Below are positions 19,737 to 30,234 of a stretch of 64,000 nt of DNA, piece after piece. Position 1 is the first letter of the stretch. Each line of letters opens with the position of its first letter. The translations under genes were made by a program, and so were the position numbers. The stretch spans positions 640,001 through 704,000 of the forward strand of contig CAVRCJ010000010.1 of assembly GCA_963719515.1 (NCBI GenBank), in the 5' to 3' direction. The stretch is from an uncultured cyanobacterium (GTDB taxonomy: Bacteria; Cyanobacteriota; Cyanobacteriia; CAKZMO01). Under the pieces are notes generated by a model that ran no database searches, had not been told where the DNA came from, and worked only from the letters and a program-made list of their open reading frames with translations.

Positions 19737-20391
19737 ATGGCAACTTGGGTCGATCTTCTTACCAGAGCAACCTCCTCAATTCACCGAGTATTCAGCTCCC
19801 TCAAAGGCCGGGTCACCCAAGCGCTCGGCCTCACAGACCCCATTTACATCTTGCCCTACCGGGGATACGGCACCCCAGAGCAGCTGCTCGTTATTCGACG
19901 GCGTTGCCGACTTCTACCAGTCGCTCCAAGAAGGCACGGGAGAAGGCCAGAACCCCATCTTCTACGTGTCCAGCAGCGCCTGGAACATGTACGACCTGTT
20001 CGCCAAATTTTTGGACTTCAACCGAATTCCCAAAGGCCCAATTTTGCTGCGAGACATTGAGCTGTCGCTGGCCAACTGGCTTTCCTTCAATCACGAGAGC
20101 CACAAAATGGAGAATACTTTGCCGTTGCTAAAGCGGTTTCCGGAACTGCCCTTTATTTTAATTGGCGATCGCGGACAGCGGGACGCAGAGATCTACAGCA
20201 CTATTGCCAAAGAGAATCCGGGTCGGGTATTGGGAATTTTGATTCGTGATGTGGTGCCAAACAATAATCAGCGGCGGCAGACGCTGAAGTCTATTGCATT
20301 AGAGGTCGAAGCTTGCGGTAGTCATATGGTTTTATTTCGAGAAACCCAAGACGCCAAAAACCATGCAGCGCACCAGGGCTGGATTGCGTAG
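19737..20391 (+). pseudogene. App1/DUF2183 phosphatidate phosphatase family, internally deleted and frameshifted
   Basis: N-terminus ILPYRGYG jumps at about 19892 into another frame: FDGVADFY...FYVSSSAWNMY...ILIGDRGQRDAEIY. The DxDxT catalytic region is missing. Confidence 0.8.
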
Positions 20392-20883
20392 CAAAAAGCT
20401 CAGAAAACTTCGATAAAAACTCTTTTTACTTCATCGAATTTTTCCAAAAACATCATAAAACGAAAGAGCAAGTAAAGTATTTCAAAAAAATGAATACTTA
20501 GATTGCGGTGCCTTTATTTTTCTACAGCCAGTTTGCTAAGGTAATTTCATCTTCAAGCGAAACCTATGGCCTGAAGATCATGACGCTTAAAATTGCTTAA
20601 AAAGGTAGCTCTAGAAAGCGATTGGCCACGAGCAATTTTTAGATTTTGGTGATCGAGAGAGACACTTCATTCCTCGAACAGCCAGCTGATTATACCTGAG
20701 TAAATCTCCTCAAACGTTTACGCGATCGCGAACTGCTAATGCGATCGCGTAGACAGCTGAGACTCCTTGGTTTATAGCGACGCCATCGATTCTCAAGGTT
20801 AGCAAAGTAAAGCTAGCTTTAAACCCTACAGGATTCAAAGATTTGACCCCATCTTTTACTGCTTTCTATTTAGGAGGAAGACT

Positions 20884-22149
20884 ATGGATTCTCTAACACT
20901 GGGTAACGCCAGCGGCCAGCAATCTATCGACGCAGGATGTCGACGCCTTGTTCAGCGCCTTGCAAGGCAAAACGTTCAGGTGCTCACAGAGTCTGAGGTT
21001 AGCGAATCCGCTAATCCGTGGGATATTATCTGCCAGGATGGACAGCGTTACGCTGTCCTCAATCAATTTAAGACATTCAAAACCCTGGGGCTAGGAAACG
21101 CCTATATCAAGGGTCTCTGGAGATGCGATCGCATCGATCTGCTGTCTAAGCGCCTTTTCGACCTCGATCATAGAAATCGCAGCAACTCGATTGTATTCGA
21201 GATGCCAAACTCGCTGCCGCTACTGCTCGAACAGCTGTTGTACAAATCTTTTAATCTGTCGCTTATTAAGCAAAACGACGTCGCCAAAACCCACTACGAC
21301 TTGCCCACTGAGCTGTATGAGGGCTTTCTGGGGGAGTCAATGAAGTACACCACCGGAGATTGGGCTGGACTGGAGCAGTCTCCGGAAAATCTCGACGCGG
21401 CTCAGCTTCAGAATTTAGACTACTGGGCCAAAGAACTTAAGCTTCAAGATGGCGACATTCTTTTAGACTGCGGCTGCGGCTGGGGGACGCTGCCGCAGTA
21501 CTTAAGAGGCCGCTTTGACCTGACCTATATCGGCATCACCATCTCAGAGGTACAGGTCGAGTACTGCTGTACTAAGCTAGCTGAGGTCAGAAACTACTTT
21601 ATCTACAATCACAGCTACCACAACGCGCACCAGGAGATCTTAAAGCAGTCCGGCGTTGATCGAATTACGAAGTGCATTTTCCTGGAGACTATTGAGCACG
21701 GCGGCACGCGGAACTGGCCCAACATCCTCAAGCAGGTCCGGGAGGTCATGGCTCAAGACGGCATTTTGGGGATCCAGACCATTGGCGCCGACCATCCCGT
21801 GCTAGTATGCGATCCTTACGTCAACCGCTATATCTTTCCACACCTGTCTATTGGTTCTCCCTCAGAGCTGGGTCGCGCTATTGAAAGCGATCGCCAGTTT
21901 GTTAAGTGCCGAGAGAACAACATGGCGGAGAGCTATCCCGCAACGCTGCAGGCTTGGAATCATCACTTTCAACAGAACTGGCCCCAAATTCGTCCCTTCA
22001 TTGAAAGGATTATTGCCACGACGCCCTTCGACACGATTGAAGAGTGGAAGCGTCACTGGGAGTTTTACCTGCTGCTGTGCTATGGCGTTTATGCCTCCGG
22101 AACCTATCCTCAGCTCTATCAGGTGACCGCCAAGCCCAATTTTTACTAG
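20884..22149 (+). CDS. cfa: Cyclopropane-fatty-acyl-phospholipid synthase family methyltransferase
   Basis: GLGNAYIKGLW, HYDL, SMKYT, LDCGCGWG and YIFP motifs; AGGAGG RBS. Confidence 0.88.
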   Translation: MDSLTLGNASGQQSIDAGCRRLVQRLARQNVQVLTESEVSESANPWDIICQDGQRYAVLNQFKTFKTLGLGNAYIKGLWRCDRIDLLSKRLFDLDHRNRSNSIVFEMPNSLPLLLEQLLYKSFNLSLIKQNDVAKTHYDLPTELYEGFLGESMKYTTGDWAGLEQSPENLDAAQLQNLDYWAKELKLQDGDILLDCGCGWGTLPQYLRGRFDLTYIGITISEVQVEYCCTKLAEVRNYFIYNHSYHNAHQEILKQSGVDRITKCIFLETIEHGGTRNWPNILKQVREVMAQDGILGIQTIGADHPVLVCDPYVNRYIFPHLSIGSPSELGRAIESDRQFVKCRENNMAESYPATLQAWNHHFQQNWPQIRPFIERIIATTPFDTIEEWKRHWEFYLLLCYGVYASGTYPQLYQVTAKPNFY

Positions 22150-22167
22150 GCACTTACGCAATCAAAC

Positions 22168-22210
22168 TGCTCTCGCCGTCTCTCTATCATCTAGAGGGGC
22201 GACGAGAGCA
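22168..22210 (+). other. Strong intergenic hairpin between cfa and desaturase
   Basis: TGCTCTCGCCGTCTCTCTA-TCATC-TAGAGGGGCGACGAGAGCA; no U-tract. Confidence 0.6.
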
Positions 22211-22230
22211 ACCTTAAATAACTTTTCCTC

Positions 22231-23397
22231 ATGAACAACCTTGCCTCCGACGACTTAATTTCTCAGGCAACCTACGCAAAACAGCTGCGGCCCTTACTTC
22301 CCCAAGAAGCCTTTAATCCCGATGGCAGCAAACTCGTCGTGCTGCTGATCAACATCGCTATTTTGCTGCTAGGGTGGGGCATCGCGGCCCAGCTCGATCG
22401 CTGGCCCCCACAGCTCATCTGGCTGTATTTACCCTTCGCTATCGTTATGGCAAACGCCGTCATCGTGCTGCTGTTCTGTGGCCACGACCTGATGCACGGC
22501 AGCGTGATTCGCGATAGCCGCATTATCAGATTGGTGACCTTATTTAGCCAGGCGATTTTGTGGATGCCGCCGACGCTCTGGAAAACCCTTCACAACCGGG
22601 TTCACCACAATCAAACAAACGCGTTAAACGACCCTGATCGCAGCTTTTTCTATCGAGAGCCCAACGTTTTAGGAAAGCGGGCTCAAGACTTCGTGGCTCC
22701 GTCCTCCACGGTAAGCCCCTTAGGGTTAGTGGTGGGTATGGCAACCGCCTGGGTAATTTATGCCTATCGACATCTCGCTGCGGTACTTATCTATAGAGAT
22801 GAAGACTGCCCCCATGTGACCGCTCGGTTCCCAATGCAGCCTAAGGAAAGGCGCACCATTTGGGCAGAGTTAGCTCTGACTACGCTGCTCCACCTGGGTC
22901 TATTAACGTATTTAAAGTTTGATCCAGTGAAGCTAATTCTGGCCTACTTTCTTCCCATTGGGCTAGGGTATTCTGGCATGATTTTCTATATCTACACCAA
23001 TCACCTCCTATGCCCAATAACGAACGTCAATGATCCGCTGATAAACAGCGTTTCCATCAAAGTTCCAAAGCTGCTGGATTTACTACACTTCAACTTTTCT
23101 TACCACACTGAGCACCACATCTTTCCGGGTCTCAATTCCGATTATTATCCGCAGGTTCGAGACTGCCTGACTAGGCTCTATCCTGAGCGCATGAGCTTCC
23201 TAACAGCAAGGGACGCATGGCGTCTTTTGCTCGATACGCCGCGTCACTACCTCGATGAGACTACCTTTACAGATTGGGATGGGGTAGAGCAGGTCCCTTG
23301 CCCCTTGCTCAATTCTAAGCTGAGGGGCGATCGCCAGCCGATTGAGCCGTTGAGGTCTAGCGCGAGCGGCCGCCCCACCGAAAAGAGTTTGTCCTAA
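22231..23397 (+). CDS. Membrane fatty acid desaturase family protein
   Basis: Three His boxes: HDLMH, HNRVHH, HTEHH. Confidence 0.92.
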   Translation: MNNLASDDLISQATYAKQLRPLLPQEAFNPDGSKLVVLLINIAILLLGWGIAAQLDRWPPQLIWLYLPFAIVMANAVIVLLFCGHDLMHGSVIRDSRIIRLVTLFSQAILWMPPTLWKTLHNRVHHNQTNALNDPDRSFFYREPNVLGKRAQDFVAPSSTVSPLGLVVGMATAWVIYAYRHLAAVLIYRDEDCPHVTARFPMQPKERRTIWAELALTTLLHLGLLTYLKFDPVKLILAYFLPIGLGYSGMIFYIYTNHLLCPITNVNDPLINSVSIKVPKLLDLLHFNFSYHTEHHIFPGLNSDYYPQVRDCLTRLYPERMSFLTARDAWRLLLDTPRHYLDETTFTDWDGVEQVPCPLLNSKLRGDRQPIEPLRSSASGRPTEKSLS

Positions 23398-23506
23398 GAT
23401 TTATTGCTGACGCCTTTAACCTCTCCCTCCCGAACGATGCTGAGGGTCTCGTATCAGCTCAGTATCGGATCAATAAAATTTTGAATACTCGTGGAGATTT
23501 TCACCT

Positions 23507-23851
23507 ATGAACAACCCTAAAACTCAATCCGATAATTATGACCCGAATATTGTTCCGGCAGAAACTGCAGCCCGAAAAGAGCGGGAGGAGGGAGATTATA
23601 AGCAGACCTCTGAAGCGCCGGAGGGCGGCATCGACACCGCTGGTGGTCAAACCGTTGACCAAGAAGGGCTAGCCAATAACTATGCTATAGAGCCTGAGAT
23701 GTACGTGGAAGAGCCCGGGGACTTGAGACAAAAAGAGGAGCAGGAGAAAGCCGCTAGAGCAGCAGAACTCAAGGCGGTTAACCAGACTGATGAGGAGGGC
23801 AAGCTCACCCAGGAGTCAGACAACCGCGGCAAAGGGCCCGGAGTGATTTAA
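23507..23851 (+). CDS. Acidic hydrophilic hypothetical protein
   Basis: 114 aa; GGAG RBS; EGLANNYAIEPEMY motif. Confidence 0.8.
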   Translation: MNNPKTQSDNYDPNIVPAETAARKEREEGDYKQTSEAPEGGIDTAGGQTVDQEGLANNYAIEPEMYVEEPGDLRQKEEQEKAARAAELKAVNQTDEEGKLTQESDNRGKGPGVI

Positions 23852-23869
23852 AAAGAAGATCGGCAGGGA

Positions 23870-24595
23870 CTACATAAAAATCAGTCCCTGCCGCATAGCT
23901 ACCGTCACCGCTTCAGTACGGCTAGAGGCATTGAGCTTCAGAAAAATTGAGCTGACGTGAAACTTCACCGTGTGCTCAGAGATGGCGAGCTGTCGGGCGA
24001 TCGCCTTGTTGGCCAGGCCGGTTGCTAAGCGCTGCAGCACCTCCATCTCCCGCGGCGTGAGCGGCACCGCCAGCTCAGAGAGCGGCCCTGTTGGTGTGGT
24101 CTGCAGCCAGTCTTCAAGCACGGCAGGATGCAGCACCGTCAACCCCCCGGCGATCGCTTCTAGGGCCAGCACTAGCTCGTCAGCGCTCAGATCCTCCGGG
24201 AGAAGGCCGCGCACTCCGGCCTGAAGAAACTGGGCGACAGGAACCGTCTCATCTAGGGAGTCCACCATCAGGGCGATCGCCAGATGGCCCGCCTTAAGCA
24301 GGCTCAGATCGCCAAGCTCAACGGCAGGCAGATTCAGCTGGTCGACCCGCAGGACGGCGATATCGGTGCCGGGGTCTTTCCCCTGAACTTTAGCCGTCGC
24401 GGTGCCGGTCTCGGTGATCAGCTCTACCTGGTCGCGGCGGCGCACCGCGTCAACGGTGGTAATCACGACGCCCGGTTGCCAATATAGGCCGCTGGCGCTG
24501 TGACGTCCAGACTGAAGGCCGACTACGGCGGGAGAGGCTTGGGCGATCGCCGTCGCGAGTTCGCCTGAGAAAGCCGAGATAGTAGGAAAAGTCAT
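23870..24595 (-). CDS. Chimeric ORF: truncated S1C trypsin-like protease N-terminus fused to NarL/LuxR regulator C-terminus
   Basis: [13 protein letters not shown]...[10 protein letters not shown] is joined to ...QAGVRGLLP...LTPREMEVL...[19 protein letters not shown]. Confidence 0.8.
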   Translation of the reverse strand: MTFPTISAFSGELATAIAQASPAVVGLQSGRHSASGLYWQPGVVITTVDAVRRRDQVELITETGTATAKVQGKDPGTDIAVLRVDQLNLPAVELGDLSLLKAGHLAIALMVDSLDETVPVAQFLQAGVRGLLPEDLSADELVLALEAIAGGLTVLHPAVLEDWLQTTPTGPLSELAVPLTPREMEVLQRLATGLANKAIARQLAISEHTVKFHVSSIFLKLNASSRTEAVTVAMRQGLIFM

Positions 24596-24844
24596 GTCGT
24601 GCAAGTCCAATGCTTTCTCCCACGATGCCGAAAACCGGACCAACTCAGCATCGGTCAAATCGGTAGCGCTGTCCTGGAAAAATGGCTAGGCGAGCATCAC
24701 TTCGCACAAGGGTCCCACCGACGGAGAGCTTAAGGGTTGAGGCGTCTGACATAGAAAAACTTGCTCGCTTGGCGTCGATTCTAGGCAGTCAATATAGCCC
24801 TTGCCACATCGAGTAAGATCGAGCAGAGGGACTCGAAGCCAGAC

Positions 24845-25043
24845 CGCCTTAGGTGCGCTGAGCTGAGGAAGGTGGTAGTCTGAAAGAGCAGCGCTCCGCT
24901 GCTTCACTAGCGCCTTCTCTATCTCTACGCGATTGGGGAAATCGTAGAGCTGAGCGTGATGTAAGTCTGCGCGAATAGCATAGGCATCGTGTTTCTGTAT
25001 CTTCAATCAGCAAAACGTTCAGCACCTTGTTTGCGGCGGTCAT
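24845..25043 (-). pseudogene. Degraded response-regulator receiver domain
   Basis: Two frames join: MTAANKVLNVLLIED and DAYAIRADL...RVE...LSDYHLPQLSAPKA. Confidence 0.55.
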
Positions 25044-25328
25044 CGTATGCTGCGTAAGGGTGATCGTCTGCTATGCAAGGGTATCAGACGGCGGTATCGA
25101 TGGCTCTGTCTACCGCAATTTAGAAGAAATTCCAGAGCAGCCAAGGCCATTATGTCAGAGAACCATAGACAGTATCAACGGATATATACCGATCCAGACG
25201 GTCTGTCACCGTGATGCCTCGTAGGTCTCTATACGCTGAGCTTTTGGCAGCGCCGTTCATCGGCTGGAGGGCCAAGCCTGACGCGGCTCACTCGGGACTT
25301 TTCACGACCAGGCAGGCGCGATCGCGCC

Positions 25329-25361
25329 TGTAACCTCGCCTTAATGTCGAAAGGCTATAGT
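25329..25361 (+). promoter_or_regulatory. Candidate SphR/Pho box plus -10 element
   Basis: TGTAACCT-CGC-CTTAATGT (YTTAAYYW-N3 repeats, one mismatch each), then TATAGT at 25356. Confidence 0.45.
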
Positions 25362-25481
25362 GATCTCAGTCACAAGAATATCGACCACAGCAAAACGAAT
25401 TTTTACTGAATTATCGCCTGCAGCTTCCTCCTGCGCTGTTGTTCCAGTAATAATGCCCCTTTATCCCCAGGACTTTTTGGA

Positions 25482-26060
25482 ATGACAACGCTCAACACAT
25501 TGATCACAATTCTGCGCGATCGCGGCGGCAGCCCATATGGCGGTGAGGCGGTAACCTGCCTGCAGCACGCTCTTCAGTGCGCCACCATCGCTCAGCAAAA
25601 CGGCGAGTCAGATTCGCTGGTAGCGGCCTGTCTGCTACACGACATTGGGCACATACTGCACAACCTGGGGGAAGATGCCGTTGAACAGGGCATCAACGAT
25701 TGCCATGAGCACCTCGCGCAGCGCTACCTCGCCCCCCTGTTTTCGCCAGCTGTGACCGAGCCCATCCGGCTCCACGTGCAGGCCAAGCAGTACCTTTGCG
25801 CCATCAACCGTCGGTACTGGGAGACCCTATCTTCGGCCTCACAAGCTAGCCTAGAGTTTCAGGGCGGGGCGTTCTCTAAAGCTGAAGCCAAGCGGTTTAT
25901 TTATCAGCGTTACGCGCCTGAGGCCGTGAAGCTTCGCCTTTGGGACGATCAGGCCAAGGTGAGTCAGCACCCCACGCCCGATCTCGATCATTTCGTCCCG
26001 GTACTTCAAGCCTGTCAGACAGGCGATCGCCGACATCAGAGCCTAGAGCTTGTGGGATGA
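25482..26060 (+). CDS. PhnZ-like HD-domain protein (phosphonate oxygenase family)
   Basis: YGGEAVTCLQHALQ, LLHDIGH, HVQAKQYL, LSSASQASLEFQGG, LRLWDDQAK. Confidence 0.85.
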   Translation: MTTLNTLITILRDRGGSPYGGEAVTCLQHALQCATIAQQNGESDSLVAACLLHDIGHILHNLGEDAVEQGINDCHEHLAQRYLAPLFSPAVTEPIRLHVQAKQYLCAINRRYWETLSSASQASLEFQGGAFSKAEAKRFIYQRYAPEAVKLRLWDDQAKVSQHPTPDLDHFVPVLQACQTGDRRHQSLELVG

Positions 26061-26349
26061 TGGAAAGCTAGGAGAGGACACGCCCGGTTTTCTCTCCACT
26101 TCAAGGGGTGAATCCACAACTCTTAATGGGAACGAGCGATTGCTATATTGTAGGTGCTGCAGGAAAATGCTAGGTTAGCAGTCGATGCTTTGTTGTTTGT
26201 CGCTGGGTTGAGGCGCTCAGGAGGGAGAGCTGTGGTGAGTCAAAGAGTCTGATGCGATCGCCAGGCGCAAGCCTTCTCCCATCAAATTCAGTCCGGGCCT
26301 CTTTTTTTTGTCTTTTAATATTATTTATGATTACATTAATTAATTTGCA

Positions 26350-26625
26350 ATGGTGAGAAACTTATTTCTCTTTCTTCAACGAAAGCTGATCTACGTCCAG
26401 GCAACGAACTCGCAGGCGATAGAATTTACCCAACCCTCGCTACATTTGGGACAAAAAGTTCGGACGCAAACTGGCTATGTTGGCTACATTGTCGGTGTTG
26501 ATTTTTACCCCGAAGACCAGACCTGGGTATACGGCCTGCATCCGGGCCGACGCGACGACGACGAGCCCGTAGAGCGGGACTTTTGGCTCCCGGCAGAGGA
26601 GTTAGAACCGTTTTCTACGAGCTGA
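26350..26625 (+). CDS. Small hypothetical protein (SH3/KOW-like beta barrel)
   Basis: LGQKVRT..GYIVGVDF..WVYGL pattern. Confidence 0.55.
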   Translation: MVRNLFLFLQRKLIYVQATNSQAIEFTQPSLHLGQKVRTQTGYVGYIVGVDFYPEDQTWVYGLHPGRRDDDEPVERDFWLPAEELEPFSTS

Positions 26626-26675
26626 GCATGCCCCTGCTGGCAAGAGAACCAGCGTAGAGATAAACGTTAGAAACA

Positions 26676-28193
26676 TTAGGCGAGCCGACCGTTTAAGAAG
26701 TAGGTCTCTATCGAGCCGACGCCTTGAACAAAGATTTCACCGCGCCGCTCGAACTGAAACTGGTCCTGCAGGGGGTGATAGACGTCGGCGGCAACCTGAA
26801 TTCTGCCGGGTAGACTTGTCTCCTCCATGCGGCTAGCCATGTTGACGGTGTGGCCCCACAAATCGAAAGCAAAGGTCTTCTTACCGATGACGCCAGCTAC
26901 GACCGGACCCGCATGGAATCCGATGCGCAGGCTAAAACAGCGTCCGTCGGGCCGAGAGAACTGCGACATGGCATCCTGCATATCTAGGGCCAGACTGGCG
27001 ATCGCCTTTAGATGCTCAGGCTGCGGGGAGCAAACGCTGGCGCCCACCATGTAGGCATCCCCAACGGTCTTAATTTTTTCTAAATCGTAGCGCTCAACAA
27101 GGCCGTCAAAGGCGGAGAAGATATCGTTGAGTAGCGTAACCACGGCCCTGGGCTCGGTCTTGGCCGCGAAGGGGGTAAAGTTAACGATATCCGCAAACAG
27201 GACGCTAGCCGCCTCAATGCTGTCGGCGATCGTATCGGGTTTGCGCTTGAGCCGCTGGGCAACTGAGCTAGGCAATACGTTGAGCAGCAGGTGTTCCGCC
27301 CGCTGACGCTCCTGCTTCAGCATCCGCTCAAACTCGATTCTCTCAGTAATATCTTGAACGGTGCCCTCATAGTACTGCAGCTGACCCACGTCATTCCGCA
27401 CTTCTCGCACGTTCTCACTGATCCAGATGAGCGTTCCATCCTTGCGGCAGACCCGAGAAATGGCGTCTACGATCTTCCCGGCCTGCTTCAAGTAGACGTT
27501 TAGCTCTAAGCGGCGCTTAGGCTGAGCATAAATCTGGCGGCCAATATCTTCGGTGCTCTGTATGAGGTCTTCAGGAGAGTCGTAGCCGTAGATTTCAGCT
27601 AGCGCTGGGTTGGCGGTGACGAATTGCCCTTCTGCCGTCGATTGGAAGATTCCCTCGCTGGCAAACTCGAAAATGCTCCGGTACTTGTCCTCAGCCCGCT
27701 GACGTCTACCAATTTCTTGGTTGAGCTGGGTGTTCTTCTGCGCTAACAGCTGCCCTTGGTGATGAGTTTGCTGCTGAAGGCGATACACCTGCAGATGGGT
27801 CTTCACCCGCGCCAGGACCTCCGCCGCCTGAAACGGTTTGCTGATGTAGTCTACGCCTCCTTGCTTAAAGCCCTCTACCTTATCTTCCGTACTGCTTAGG
27901 GCACTGACAAATACGATAGGAATTGAATTGAGTATGGCGTTTAGCTTGAACTGGTGGCAGACGTCGTAGCCGTTCATGTCCGGCATGCTAACGTCTAGCA
28001 GCACCAGGTCCGGAGGGGACTGGGTTGCACTGCGCAGAGCAGCAACGCCGCTCAGGGCTTTGCGAATTTGGTAGCCCTCCGGCTTCAAAATTTTCGTCAA
28101 CACCTGAATATTATCGACAACGTCATCCACAACTAAAATCGTGGATGTCACCGCAGCATCGTTCACGGTTGTCGTTTTTAGGAAAGTGGTCAT
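26676..28193 (-). CDS. REC-PAS class III adenylate cyclase
   Basis: ILVVDD...LLDVSMP receiver, PAS domain, LFADIVNFT / KIKTVGDAYM / FDLWGHTVNMASRME (Lys/Asp pair indicates ATP specificity). Confidence 0.92.
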   Translation of the reverse strand: MTTFLKTTTVNDAAVTSTILVVDDVVDNIQVLTKILKPEGYQIRKALSGVAALRSATQSPPDLVLLDVSMPDMNGYDVCHQFKLNAILNSIPIVFVSALSSTEDKVEGFKQGGVDYISKPFQAAEVLARVKTHLQVYRLQQQTHHQGQLLAQKNTQLNQEIGRRQRAEDKYRSIFEFASEGIFQSTAEGQFVTANPALAEIYGYDSPEDLIQSTEDIGRQIYAQPKRRLELNVYLKQAGKIVDAISRVCRKDGTLIWISENVREVRNDVGQLQYYEGTVQDITERIEFERMLKQERQRAEHLLLNVLPSSVAQRLKRKPDTIADSIEAASVLFADIVNFTPFAAKTEPRAVVTLLNDIFSAFDGLVERYDLEKIKTVGDAYMVGASVCSPQPEHLKAIASLALDMQDAMSQFSRPDGRCFSLRIGFHAGPVVAGVIGKKTFAFDLWGHTVNMASRMEETSLPGRIQVAADVYHPLQDQFQFERRGEIFVQGVGSIETYFLNGRLA

Positions 28194-28619
28194 GCGCAAA
28201 ACCGGCGTTCCCGGCAGAGTGAGGAGACTATGTAGAGGTGTAGATCGACACACTTGCACTAGCGCGGCCGCGATTGGCTCACAAATCTCAGCAAGTTCTT
28301 TAGCTTTAAAGGCCTACAGATCAAGTCTGCAATTTGGCATCAGCGGCGTCAATGATTGACGCAGAAATTGCACTTAGCAGCGCAGCGCTAGACAGTATTG
28401 CTAGGCGATCGTGAAGATATCGTTCGTCACCTCAGGCTGGACCTCAAGTCCGCCTTTCAAAAAACATTACCCCAAAACTTTAGAGTATCTTCAACCTGCA
28501 TCAAAGGAGATGAGGTCGAGATGAAGCTTGCCGCTTCTGCTGTGACATCTTCAGCAATAAATATGTTTACATGTCATATAGCGCGTATTGTTTTAAGTCG
28601 AATTAAAAGTAGGGCATTT

Positions 28620-29699
28620 ATGACAACTTCTAAGAAAGCTATTATTACGGGCGTTACGGGCCAAGATGGCTCTTACCTCAGCGAACTGCTGCTAGAGAAG
28701 GGATACGAGGTCCACGGCATCATTCGCCGCACCTCCACGTTTAACACCGACCGTATCGACCATATCTACCAAGACCCCCATAACCCAGAAGCCGAGCTCT
28801 TCCTCCACTACGGGGATCTTACTGACGGTACGACCCTGCGCCGTATCTTAGAGGAAGTCGAGCCCTCAGAAATCTATAATCTTGGTGCTCAGTCTCACGT
28901 GCGCGTCAGCTTTGACGCCCCTGAGTACACTGCTGATACCGTTGCGATGGGCACCTTGCGGCTCCTTGAGGCCGTTCGCGACTACCGCCGCCGCACGGGA
29001 AACAACGTTCGCTTTTATCAGGCTGGCTCGTCTGAGATGTTCGGCAAGGTGCAAGATGTCCCTCAGAAAGAGACCACTCCCTTCTATCCCCGTAGCCCTT
29101 ACGCCTGCGCCAAGGTCTACGCCCACTGGCAGACCCTCAACTACCGAGAGTCTTACGACATGTTTGCCTGCAACGGCATTCTGTTCAACCACGAGTCTCC
29201 TCGCCGAGGCGAAACCTTCGTCACCCGTAAGATTACCCGCGCCCTCGCTCGCATCGTTGCGGGGCAGCAAAAAGATCTCTACCTTGGCAACCTCGACTCC
29301 AAGCGCGACTGGGGCTACGCAAAAGACTACGTCCGCGCCATGTGGCTGATGCTGCAGCAGGAGCAGCCTGACGATTACGTCGTTGCTACCGGTGAGACGT
29401 ACTCCGTCCGCGAGTTTCTAGAAGTGGCCTTTGGCTACGTCAATCTCAACTGGCAAGACTACGTCAAGTTTGACGAGCGCTACCTGCGCCCTGCAGAGGT
29501 GGAGCTGCTGATTGGCGACCCCGCCAAAGCGAAAGCAAAGCTGGACTGGGAGCCATCAGTCACCTTCGAAGAGCTGGTGGGGCTGATGGTAGAGGCGGAC
29601 ATGCGATCGCTTGGTCTCATCTCCGTCAACAGCGGCTTAAATGCCGAGAATATCGAGAACGCTACTATCCGCGATCGCTTGAAGGCGACCGCTTCGTAG
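28620..29699 (+). CDS. gmd: GDP-mannose 4,6-dehydratase
   Basis: [38 protein letters not shown]. Confidence 0.97.
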   Translation: MTTSKKAIITGVTGQDGSYLSELLLEKGYEVHGIIRRTSTFNTDRIDHIYQDPHNPEAELFLHYGDLTDGTTLRRILEEVEPSEIYNLGAQSHVRVSFDAPEYTADTVAMGTLRLLEAVRDYRRRTGNNVRFYQAGSSEMFGKVQDVPQKETTPFYPRSPYACAKVYAHWQTLNYRESYDMFACNGILFNHESPRRGETFVTRKITRALARIVAGQQKDLYLGNLDSKRDWGYAKDYVRAMWLMLQQEQPDDYVVATGETYSVREFLEVAFGYVNLNWQDYVKFDERYLRPAEVELLIGDPAKAKAKLDWEPSVTFEELVGLMVEADMRSLGLISVNSGLNAENIENATIRDRLKATAS

Positions 29700-30234
29700 C
29701 TTAGCCCAGCTAGACAAGGTCCAAACGCAATAGGCTAAGCGGGTCACGTCTAGGAAATTGAGCCAAGACGTGACTTTTTGCATGATACTACTGAGAGTTT
29801 GATAGAAGGCTCGAAAGACTTTCCGTAGTACTACCAATGAAGCTGTCGCTAAGGGCGAGGCAGCCGCCGCTTACGCCTGATCTATCGTAGCTTGGCTGCT
29901 AAATTTGCTTTCCTAAAGGTAACTCTTGCAGAGTGATATCTCTGGAAATTCCTAGTGATGTCTGCAAATGACTACAAGTTTTGAATGCACACTCCTAGAT
30001 GCTATCGTGAGTGTGAGAATTCGTACAGTAAGGTGTAATCCCCTTATCTAAGCGCAAACATTTCCCTTAGAATTGAGTCTGCTCAGCGATTGAGTACTGC
30101 GCTATGGCAAGGTGCTCTTGCTGAGGCTTGTGACGTCGGCATGTCGGTGCCGGGCTCATGGCAATCGGATTAAGTCACCTCACTGTATTGTCTTTAGCCG
30201 AGTCAGCAATTCGGTATTTACTGGAGATAGCCTA

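Noticed and set aside
20719..20751. Inverted repeat upstream of cfa
   Set aside because: Mostly explained by two nearby self-complementary HIP1 octamers.
26200..26312. Possible sRNA ending in a T-tract
   Set aside because: Only weak pairing (GGGAGAG/TTCTCCC) and no convincing terminator stem.
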